A DNA stretch of 15,919 nt from Fidelibacterota bacterium (GTDB lineage Bacteria > Fidelibacterota > Marinisomatia > Marinisomatales > JABMOV01), in contig JBHHUC010000053.1 of assembly GCA_046861395.1 (NCBI GenBank), positions 1 through 15,919 of the forward strand, read 5' to 3'. The notes below the pieces were generated by a model that made no database searches, had not been told where the DNA came from, and was given only the letters and a program-made list of their open reading frames with translations. Each line of letters begins with the position of its first letter. Position 1 is the stretch's first letter. The position numbers and the translations under genes were made by a program. Positions 8,831-15,919 of the stretch are shown piece after piece.

Positions 8831-9623
8831 ACCTCCTTTGATCTGGGTTCGGGGCGCCGGTGAAATCGGTAGCGCCACCGCCATTTCTCTACATCGGACT
8901 GGTTTTCCGGTCCTGCTGAGTGAAATCCATCCTCCACTGGCCATTCGGCGTACCGTCACTTTTAGTGATGCCATCATGGAGGGGGAAACATGGGCGGCAG
9001 GCGTTACAGCCAAATACCGGCTGGTTAAGGATATCACCGGAGAACCGACTCCCGATTTCATTCCCATCGTCAGAGACAATCCTTGTGAAATTCTCACGCT
9101 CCGACCGACCCTGATCATTGATGCCCGGATGATTAAAACCTATAATGAAGATTTTCGCGGCTGGGCCGACCATGTAATCGGATTTGGTCCCGGCTTCATT
9201 GCCGGACAGAATTGTCACGTCGTCATTGAAACGATGCGGGGACATGATCTGGGTAAGATTATCTTCGACGGTGCTCCCTTGCCCAATACGGGGATTCCCG
9301 GCACCCTCGGCGGAGAATCATCGCGCCGCGTCCTCTATGCACCGGCGGCCGGGACGTTACACTGGGATGTGGATTTCGGCACGATTCTCCAGGAAGGTGA
9401 CCATATGGGGAACATTAACGGCACCATTGAAATCCGGTCACCGCTAGCAGGGATAGTGCGGGGATTGATTCATCCTTCGGTTCCCATGAAAAAAGGATTA
9501 AAAATCGCCGATGTGGATCCCCGGGGCGAAGGCATTGGTTTTATGAACTTGTCCGATAAAGCCCGTAGCCTGGGGCGGGCGGCACTGGAAGCTGTCCTGA
9601 TTTTCATGTCAAACAATCCGTAA
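8820..9623 (+). CDS. yqeB: Selenium-dependent molybdenum cofactor biosynthesis protein YqeB, about 267 aa
   Basis: Motifs VRGAGEIGS, PLAIRRTVTFS, IGFGPGFIAG, VIETMRGHDLG, PNTGIPG, GLKIADVDPRG and SDKARSLG..LEA are typical of YqeB. Confidence 0.92.
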   Translation: MKNRPPLIWVRGAGEIGSATAISLHRTGFPVLLSEIHPPLAIRRTVTFSDAIMEGETWAAGVTAKYRLVKDITGEPTPDFIPIVRDNPCEILTLRPTLIIDARMIKTYNEDFRGWADHVIGFGPGFIAGQNCHVVIETMRGHDLGKIIFDGAPLPNTGIPGTLGGESSRRVLYAPAAGTLHWDVDFGTILQEGDHMGNINGTIEIRSPLAGIVRGLIHPSVPMKKGLKIADVDPRGEGIGFMNLSDKARSLGRAALEAVLIFMSNNP

Positions 9624-9635
9624 TATTCAAGTCTG

Positions 9636-10622
9636 ATGGAAAAACGATTTTACCAAACACTGGTGGATTATGATTTCACCGAACCGTGCGCCCTCTGTGC
9701 TGTCATGGAATGGAAGGGATCGGTCCCGCGGAAGGATTATCCCATGATGCTGGTAATGCAATCCGGAAAGATCATAGGCACCATCGGTGGTGGCCGGATG
9801 GAAAAATCCGTCATTGATCTGGCTCTGATGGCGCTGGAAAAGGGCCGGACCATGCTGGAATCATACGATTTCACCAATGATGATCTATCAGACGACGGCG
9901 GGCTCTGCGGCGGCACCCTAAAAGTGGCAATCGAACCGTACACCAGAGAGATTCAGTCCTTTTGGGCCGATTTGCAATCCACACCGGCAGGTCAATCCTG
10001 GCTAACGACCTATGAGCTGGGTACGAACCGAATCACCCGCCGACAGATTACTGGCCGGGATCAAATTCATGATAACCGACTTGATACCATCATATCCGGC
10101 GGAAAAAGCAGAACCGTTCGTACCGATGAAGCCCTCATCCTGTATCGTCATGTTGCCCCTGAATCCATTTTGCATATTTTCGGCGGTGGCCACGTGGGGA
10201 AAGCTGTGGCAGATTTGGCGCATTTCATTGATCTGGACATTACAATCCATGATGACAGGGAATATTTTGTCCGGCAGGAACGATTCCCGCATGCTCTTTC
10301 CCGTTCAGCGGAATCCATTACCGCCTTACTGGCCAATCATTCATTTCAATCCTCCGATTTGGCCTTGGTTGTTACGCGCGGTCACCGCCATGACCTGGCA
10401 TTAATACGCTGGCTCCTGCAATCCGAAGCCGGGTGGATCGGTCTGGTCAGTAGTCGGCGAAAATGGAAACTCTTATCACAGGGATTGTTGGACGAAGGGT
10501 TTACCAAAGCGGATGTTGCCCGGATTGAAGCCCCGGTGGGCATGGATATCCAGGCCGAAACCGTTCCTGAAATCGCCGTAAGCATTGTAGGACGAATTAT
10601 TCAATATTTAAGGACGATATGA
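9636..10622 (+). CDS. xdhC: XdhC/CoxI-family molybdoenzyme maturation factor, 328 aa
   Basis: Motifs GSVPR, GTIGGG, GGLCGG, IFGGGHVG, VTRGHRHD and APVGMDIQAETVPEIAVSI. The symbol refers to the XdhC chaperone family, not the FeS subunit. Confidence 0.9.
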   Translation: MEKRFYQTLVDYDFTEPCALCAVMEWKGSVPRKDYPMMLVMQSGKIIGTIGGGRMEKSVIDLALMALEKGRTMLESYDFTNDDLSDDGGLCGGTLKVAIEPYTREIQSFWADLQSTPAGQSWLTTYELGTNRITRRQITGRDQIHDNRLDTIISGGKSRTVRTDEALILYRHVAPESILHIFGGGHVGKAVADLAHFIDLDITIHDDREYFVRQERFPHALSRSAESITALLANHSFQSSDLALVVTRGHRHDLALIRWLLQSEAGWIGLVSSRRKWKLLSQGLLDEGFTKADVARIEAPVGMDIQAETVPEIAVSIVGRIIQYLRTI

Positions 10623-11983
10623 AGAGCAGTCTTCTAATCTGCAACGGACTGGTTATTCACGGCGATGGTGAGCGGTTGGAGAATATCCGGATATCCGGGG
10701 AGAAAATCATAGCCGTAGCACCCGATTTACAACCTGGAGAGAATGAACCGGTACTGGACGCCGGTGGGAAGTGGATCTTTCCGGGCATCATTGATTCCCA
10801 CACGCATATGGGAATCCCAATCAAAGATCAGACTTCGGCCGACAATTTCGAAACCGGCAGCCGGTCGGCCCTGAACGGCGGTGTTACGACCATCATTGAT
10901 TTTACCGTGTTGAAGCGGAATGAAACATTAGGTGCGAGCATTGCACGACGACAACAGGAAGCAGAGAAAAGTCATTGCGATGTGAGTCTGCACTGCAATT
11001 TCACCCGTTTTTCCCATGATCTACTCAAGGAAATCCCACAAGTGATGCAAGACGGAATCATCAGTTTCAAGGTTTTCACCACCTACAACGAGGCCGGCAT
11101 GATGCTGGATTATTCGGAAATTGCCGAAACAGCCCAGGTTATTCGTCACCACGGCGGTCTCCTGATGGTTCATGCCGAGGATGACGAAACTATCAAGGCC
11201 GCCACGGCAGGAATACCGGCAACGGCCGAGAATGATCCATATTCCCATGGACTCAGCCGTCCGGATACGGCGGAAGAAACCGCTATCAAAGCACTGGCCA
11301 GGATAGCCGAAGAAACTGAGTGTCCGGTCTATATCGTACATTTGAATTCCGCCCGGGGCTTGGCAGCAGCCAAAATATCATCTCGATTATTGATTGAGAC
11401 CTGTCCGCATTATCTTTTACTGGATGATTCTGTTTACCGTCGCGCCGACGGTTCCATGTTTGTTGCCAGTCCACCCCTGCGTAAGCCGGAAGATATCCGC
11501 CGATTATGGCAGGCACTTGCGGCTGATGAGGTCCACACTCTGGGGACAGATCATTGTCCCTTCTGCCGGAGCCAGAAACCGGCAGGACTTCCTTATAACC
11601 GGATTCCCAATGGGATGGGGGGAGTGGAAACCTTATTCCCGGTCATGCTGGCCCAATGGCTGAAGCGGGGTTTACCCAAAACACAACTCACAAACCTCAT
11701 GTCCGCTCGTCCCGCTGCCATATTTGGACTCTCACAAAAAGGGGATATTTCACCGGGAAAAGATGCGGATCTGGTGATTGTTAATCCTGGAAAGATTTCA
11801 CATGATTGGCAGGATCGTCTGGTCTCCATAACGGACTGGAATGCCTATATATCATTTCCCGCCCTTTTCCCAGAGGATGTCTTTCTACGGGGACAGCATG
11901 TCGTCAAAAATAATGAATTGAATTCATTGTCCACAGGAAAATTCATTCCCGCGGTGCGTGGGAGTTACACCCGGGATCATTGA
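10619..11983 (+). CDS. hydA: Dihydropyrimidinase/D-hydantoinase-type cyclic amidohydrolase (HyuA/HydA), 454 aa
   Basis: Motifs PGIIDSHTH, GGVTTIIDF, SFKVF (carbamylated Lys), VHAED, YIVH, ETCPHYL, SPPLR, TDHCPF, PNGMGGVE and DADLV. ATGA overlap with xdhC. Confidence 0.88.
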   Translation: MKSSLLICNGLVIHGDGERLENIRISGEKIIAVAPDLQPGENEPVLDAGGKWIFPGIIDSHTHMGIPIKDQTSADNFETGSRSALNGGVTTIIDFTVLKRNETLGASIARRQQEAEKSHCDVSLHCNFTRFSHDLLKEIPQVMQDGIISFKVFTTYNEAGMMLDYSEIAETAQVIRHHGGLLMVHAEDDETIKAATAGIPATAENDPYSHGLSRPDTAEETAIKALARIAEETECPVYIVHLNSARGLAAAKISSRLLIETCPHYLLLDDSVYRRADGSMFVASPPLRKPEDIRRLWQALAADEVHTLGTDHCPFCRSQKPAGLPYNRIPNGMGGVETLFPVMLAQWLKRGLPKTQLTNLMSARPAAIFGLSQKGDISPGKDADLVIVNPGKISHDWQDRLVSITDWNAYISFPALFPEDVFLRGQHVVKNNELNSLSTGKFIPAVRGSYTRDH

Positions 11984-12007
11984 GGCCGGACGATTCCGGT
12001 TTATATT
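11984..12007 (+). terminator. Weak terminator-like hairpin after hydA
   Basis: GGCCGGA-CGAT-TCCGGTT followed by TATATT, directly after the stop codon in a convergent intergenic region. Confidence 0.35.
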
Positions 12008-12135
12008 ACCCTTCCATCATACTATAACAGAAAACGTTCACAAACCAAAGGCATATCCGTGCGGGCCTCATTCCCGTAGATCACCGCTAGATAGATTTTG
12101 CAAGAAATTTGAAAATCGGTGATGGTTCGAATTCC

Positions 12136-14667
12136 TCAGAATTCCAGGGTAAACCCACCCACGGGAAAGACTTTATACTGATATATGTTTGACGTTGTCC
12201 CGTCGGAATTCCACTGAACATCCCAGATATTATCACGGTTGAAAACATTTTGCAGATCAAAATAGGACACTACATTAAATCGTTTGAAATTGGTATGCCA
12301 GAGAATCATGATATCAAACCGATGATAGGCCACCAATCTTTCAGTATTGTAATCTGCCGTTGGGTCTTCGTACCAGCGTTGTACCATATGATCATAGGTC
12401 AACGGCGTATATGGTTTTCCGCCTACATAGCGATAGCGAAAAGACAATTCCAGTTCATCGGATCCCCAGCCCAGAGCTTTGGCCACCAGCCGGACGAAGA
12501 TATTGCGTTTATCCAGAGGAATGATGTTGACACCTTTCAGAGGGATCCGGTAGCCGCCGATTAGCGAAACCACATGTTGAAAGTCGAATGTCTGGGGATA
12601 GTATTTCTCCTCTGCGAACCTGACATCCCGACGAAAAGCGCGGTACCAGGAATAGGAAAATGTTCCAAATAAATCTCGGGCCATTTTTTTCTGGAGGAAT
12701 AATTCCACACCATAGGATTTACCCCGACCTTTATTCACCAGTATGGAGCTGCGGTCGGCAGGATCTGCCGTCAGTTCTGCCTCACTCACCGGCAGGTCAT
12801 GATAGGCTTTCCAATATGCTTCCAGTGTTCCCCGGGTATCGCGGGAGAAATAATGTTCCAGGCCTACGATATATTGATCATTATATTTACTCCGCAAGCT
12901 ACGATTCGCTACATCGGAAATCAGGCGCAGCATATTGGGCGTTTGGAAATGACGCCCGTATGCCAGATTGAACGATGTAATCGGCGAAAGGGATATGGTG
13001 AGTCCCAGCCGGGGAGAGAGCCAGGTAAAACTGGTATAATCAAAATATCCCACTCGTAAACCAACATTGAGACGGAAGTATCGGGAAAACGTGTATGCCA
13101 ATTGAGTGTAAATGCCGAAACGAGGACCGGTTTCCTGCCGGTTCAGGTCACTCCCGTCGTAAACGGAGGCGACCTCCAATCGTCTGAAACCAATCCGAGT
13201 CCAAGTACCGTCCTCATTGGCGCGACCATAATGCCAGACACCGGCAGCATCTTTGTATATGGAATCGGGATTGGCATTGGCAATAACAGGGAACACTTGG
13301 GATTCCCATTCGGCAGGAGAAATGATCTGAAATGTACCCAAGCTATCGGGGAGCTGGTAACCATAGGTCCATACCGTATCGGGCAGTACCCGGGAATCAT
13401 ACTGCACACCAAGCTGTTTCCAATCCAAACCACCGCTGAGTTCCAGCTTCGGATTGGGTCGCCACAGGATGTCGCCTTTGGCCTGGATATCCCATTCCAC
13501 AAAATTCTGATCGGCATATGATGCCTTTTCTCCTTCATCATTCATACGGTATACATCATAGATAAATTGTGCCCGGGTACCACCCATGGTCAAATTTGTC
13601 AGCCATTGTTTTCCCCACAACTTTTTATAGGTAACGCCGTAGGCAGATTGATTCCCTTTCACGTCCACATTTTCTGCTCCCCGACTCCAGGCGTCATTTT
13701 CTCCTTCCAGATTAATGGCGTCGTTGCCATAAACCACATTGAACATCAATTTATCGGTGGGGGTCAGATCGTATACCAGCTTGGATTGCACACTCCAGTA
13801 GCGGGGAACAGCAGTCAGACCTGTGTTAGCAATGATGAGGTCCAGATAGCTTTTTTTAAATGATGCCAGATACGAACCCCGCCCGTTCGCTATGGGTCCT
13901 TCGGCATTGAGACCGATTCCTGCCATATTCATATCAATATCGCGGGAATGAAGTATTCGACTTCCCTCCCGCAAGGAAATATCCATGACGCTGGATGCCT
14001 TATCGCCATATTTAGCAGGAAAGGCACCGGCCATAAAATCCACCCGATCGATGAAAAGCGTGTTAATCATATTGATGGGACCCCCACCTGTTCCGGGAAT
14101 ACCGAAATGGTTGGGATTGGCAATTTCGATATTATCCATGAGGAATAGATTCTCTCCCGGCGCGCCACCGCGCACCACAATTTCATTTTGCTGGTCTGAG
14201 GCGGAAACAACTGCCGGCAGGGCCTGCATCATACGTTGAATATCCACTACGCCGGCGGGGTCGCGACGTATTTCGTTTAGGTCTACGGTTCGGCTGGATA
14301 CGACGGCATCCTTTTCTTTTTCAAAATATTCACGGGTTACGGTAATACTTTCAAATTCAACAGCCTGCTGCTCCAACTGAGCATGAATGACGGCGGGACG
14401 GTTGGCAACGACCCGGACATTAAGTTTCACCAATGGTTTATACCCAATGGCACTGAACCGGACATGATAGAATCCCACGGGGATGTTTTCCACCGTAAAG
14501 TTACCGTCCAGATCAGATGCCGTTCCCCGGTCTGCATTTTCGATAATGATATTGACTCCCGGCAAGGCCTGCTGGGTAGCAATATCCACCACTGATCCGG
14601 TAATACTGCCGGTCATCCCGGGGCTGAGATTCAGGAAAAATAAAAGACTAAAACAGTAGGATCTCAT
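12136..14667 (-). CDS. TonB-dependent outer-membrane receptor with N-terminal carboxypeptidase-regulatory-like domain, 843 aa
   Basis: Hydrophobic signal-like N-terminus. GSITGSVVD..LPGVNI..GTASDLDGNF (CarboxypepD_reg-like). Plug motifs EIVVRGGAPGENLFLMDNIEI and AGAFPAKYGD.ASSVMDI. Barrel motifs SPRLG, GKSYGVEL and DLQNVFNR, with C-terminal FTLEF. Confidence 0.92.
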   Translation of the reverse strand: MRSYCFSLLFFLNLSPGMTGSITGSVVDIATQQALPGVNIIIENADRGTASDLDGNFTVENIPVGFYHVRFSAIGYKPLVKLNVRVVANRPAVIHAQLEQQAVEFESITVTREYFEKEKDAVVSSRTVDLNEIRRDPAGVVDIQRMMQALPAVVSASDQQNEIVVRGGAPGENLFLMDNIEIANPNHFGIPGTGGGPINMINTLFIDRVDFMAGAFPAKYGDKASSVMDISLREGSRILHSRDIDMNMAGIGLNAEGPIANGRGSYLASFKKSYLDLIIANTGLTAVPRYWSVQSKLVYDLTPTDKLMFNVVYGNDAINLEGENDAWSRGAENVDVKGNQSAYGVTYKKLWGKQWLTNLTMGGTRAQFIYDVYRMNDEGEKASYADQNFVEWDIQAKGDILWRPNPKLELSGGLDWKQLGVQYDSRVLPDTVWTYGYQLPDSLGTFQIISPAEWESQVFPVIANANPDSIYKDAAGVWHYGRANEDGTWTRIGFRRLEVASVYDGSDLNRQETGPRFGIYTQLAYTFSRYFRLNVGLRVGYFDYTSFTWLSPRLGLTISLSPITSFNLAYGRHFQTPNMLRLISDVANRSLRSKYNDQYIVGLEHYFSRDTRGTLEAYWKAYHDLPVSEAELTADPADRSSILVNKGRGKSYGVELFLQKKMARDLFGTFSYSWYRAFRRDVRFAEEKYYPQTFDFQHVVSLIGGYRIPLKGVNIIPLDKRNIFVRLVAKALGWGSDELELSFRYRYVGGKPYTPLTYDHMVQRWYEDPTADYNTERLVAYHRFDIMILWHTNFKRFNVVSYFDLQNVFNRDNIWDVQWNSDGTTSNIYQYKVFPVGGFTLEF

Positions 14668-14972
14668 AACGTTGCTCCCGGTTTTAATAATGATTCGATT
14701 TTTTGGATATAATCCTGGAATGCTTTTCGTCCCTTGACCGTGATGGAATAGGTGGAGGCCGGTTTGCGATTGATAAATTCTTTTCTCACGGTAATTAGTC
14801 CTGCCCCTTCAAGCTTCCGCAATTGCACACTCAGATTTCCATCCGTGGCGCCAGTCTTTTCCCGGATATAAACGAATGACGCCTCTTCGCAGCTGGCCAG
14901 CAATGCAATAATGGATAATCGTATGCGCGAATGAATCAGGTCGTCAATCTGCTGATAATCAAAATCAGTCAT
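14664..14972 (-). CDS. Winged-helix transcriptional regulator (HTH_34, ArsR/MarR-like), 102 aa
   Basis: IDDLIHSRIRLSIIALL, TGATDGNLSVQLRKLE.AG, RKP...Y.IT..GR.AF..YI..IE match this family. ATGA overlap with the receptor gene. Confidence 0.9.
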   Translation of the reverse strand: MTDFDYQQIDDLIHSRIRLSIIALLASCEEASFVYIREKTGATDGNLSVQLRKLEGAGLITVRKEFINRKPASTYSITVKGRKAFQDYIQKIESLLKPGATL

Positions 14973-15552
14973 TCCGGGGACCTTTGATCAGCAAAACAAT
15001 CCCGGGAATAAACTGCAGGAGGAACATGAACAGTGCCATGAAGAGAATTGTTGCAACCGGCGGTAAATAAAAGAGAATGACGGCTCCGATCCACCAGCCG
15101 TAGCCCAGACGTTTGACCCAGGGGAGATTGATCGTTTCTCCGGTTACCAGGTATCCAATGGCCAGTAATCCAGCAATACATCCCGCAACACCATCAGCAG
15201 CGATCTTTAAGCTGGAAATACCCGCTACGCCATAGAGAACCATGGTAATTAGCACTGACATCCAAAGCGTGCCGCCAATACGATTTGCCGGTTGGATAGC
15301 ATGTGGTCCCTGTTTCCATTTCAGGCCATAGATAAATTCAAATGCAAAGCCGGCACCAAAGCAGATCAACCAGTACCAGTATTCCGGAATGAAATAGAAG
15401 GCCGTGGTATTCATATAGGTCAGTAATAAGGCGGCGATAACCAGTCCACCCCACACCACAAGATTGGTACCATAATTGTAGAAATTCTGGCGTGATTCTT
15501 CCATGATCCGCCGGATGACTGCTAAATCTTCCTGTATGTCTTTTTGATCCAT
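14965..15552 (-). CDS. Uncharacterised integral membrane protein (about 6 TM), partner of the HTH_34 regulator, 195 aa
   Basis: N-terminal EDLAVIRRIMEESR helix, then multiple hydrophobic segments (VWGG...; ...IPGIVL). RBS GAGG lies 5 nt before the ATG. Overlaps the regulator by 8 nt (ATGACTGA). Confidence 0.82.
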   Translation of the reverse strand: MDQKDIQEDLAVIRRIMEESRQNFYNYGTNLVVWGGLVIAALLLTYMNTTAFYFIPEYWYWLICFGAGFAFEFIYGLKWKQGPHAIQPANRIGGTLWMSVLITMVLYGVAGISSLKIAADGVAGCIAGLLAIGYLVTGETINLPWVKRLGYGWWIGAVILFYLPPVATILFMALFMFLLQFIPGIVLLIKGPRND

Positions 15553-15569
15553 ATTTGCCTCAAAATTTA

Positions 15570-15605
15570 TACTTTATTTTATAAAGTACTTTATTCACTA
15601 ATCAA
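15570..15605 (-). promoter_or_regulatory. Promoter with overlapping palindromic operator for the membrane protein-wHTH-receptor operon
   Basis: TACTTTAT-ttt-ATAAAGTA (15570-15588) overlaps the perfect 14-bp palindrome ATAAAGTACTTTAT (15581-15594). On the minus strand, TTGATT (15605-15600) is followed by TATAAA at 16 nt or TAAAAT at 18 nt, both within the palindromes. Confidence 0.65.
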
Positions 15606-15742
15606 CCAATATTTTCATTCATGTATTGCATTCCGGGCTGGCAATTGGTGATATCATTTACGGGTAAGCGGGGATTGACTGTAATTTCCTGCTGTTTCCA
15701 CGGGTTGATTGCGACGTGATCGTAATTACTCATTCCAATATT

Positions 15743-15830
15743 GGAGAGATGGCAGAGTCTGGCTGAATGCGCCGCACTCGAAATGCGGTTTACTCTATGA
15801 GTAACGGGGGTTCGAATCCCTCTCTCTCCG
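15743..15830 (+). tRNA. tRNA-Ser (anticodon CGA)
   Basis: Acceptor stem GGAGAGA/TCTCTCC with discriminator G. Anticodon arm CCGCA-CT CGA AA-TGCGG (CGA at 15779-15781). Long variable arm TTACTC-TAT-GAGTAA. T arm GGGGG-TTCGAAT-CCCTC. CCA is not encoded. Confidence 0.96.
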
Positions 15831-15919
15831 CACTACGTCCCGATTGTTATCGGGACTTCGTGCGGCAGGCCGCACTTAATACCAGATAATCCAAACTTCT
15901 AGTAACGCAGGCCGCACTT
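15828..15919 (+). repeat. 42-nt periodic repeat after the tRNA, first unit palindromic
   Basis: CCGCACT at 15828, 15870 and 15912. GCAGGCCGCACTT is exact at 15865-15877 and 15907-15919. Hairpin CCGCAC-TAC-GTCCCGAT-TGTT-ATCGGGAC-TTC-GTGCGG at 15828-15865. Confidence 0.7.

Noticed and set aside
190..11983. Selenocysteine (UGA) read-through in the Se-linked genes
   Set aside because: All proteins appear full-length. The TGA stops of ygeY, yqeC and xdhC are ATGA overlaps with the next gene, and this system uses labile Se rather than Sec.
12080..12123. Imperfect inverted repeat ATCACC..GATTTT(G)CAA/TTGAAAATC..GGTGAT downstream of the receptor
   Set aside because: It is AT-rich and bulged with no U-tract, too weak to call a terminator or ncRNA.
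12124..12137. GGTTCGAATTCCTC, a 13/14 match to the tRNA T-arm (15809-15822), as a possible att site bounding the receptor module
   Set aside because: It is short and lies on the wrong side of the tRNA for 3'-end integration. It also overlaps the receptor stop codon, and no integrase is present, so chance is a sufficient explanation.
15743..15830. tRNA-Sec, suggested by the selenium context and long variable arm
   Set aside because: The anticodon is CGA, not UCA, and the acceptor stem is the standard 7 bp. It is an ordinary tRNA-Ser.
15865..15919. CRISPR array call
   Set aside because: The repeat is only 12-13 nt with two full copies and no cas genes in view. It is reported as an unexplained periodic repeat instead.

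Overview
Bacterial genomic window (about half GC; a TonB-dependent receptor implies a diderm host). Positions 1-11983 form a divergent selenium/molybdenum-linked anaerobic purine-catabolism locus. The minus-strand arm is ade - (AbiEii-like remnant) - xanthine dehydrogenase Mo subunit - ssnA - ygeY - ygeW, which runs off the left edge. The plus-strand arm is yqeC - mocA - yqeB - xdhC - hyuA/hydA. Positions 12136-15552 hold a separate, translationally coupled minus-strand module (membrane protein - winged-helix regulator - TonB-dependent receptor) with a clear palindromic operator. A tRNA-Ser(CGA) follows, and its last bases (CCGCACT) recur at an exact 42-nt period up to the window edge. The most notable non-coding signals are a terminator-like hairpin inside the ade leader (candidate attenuator), an AbiE-like deletion scar coupled to the xdh start, a degenerate palindromic repeat before ssnA, and the repeat-spacer pattern after the tRNA. 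Family calls come from motif recognition by eye; no database search was run.
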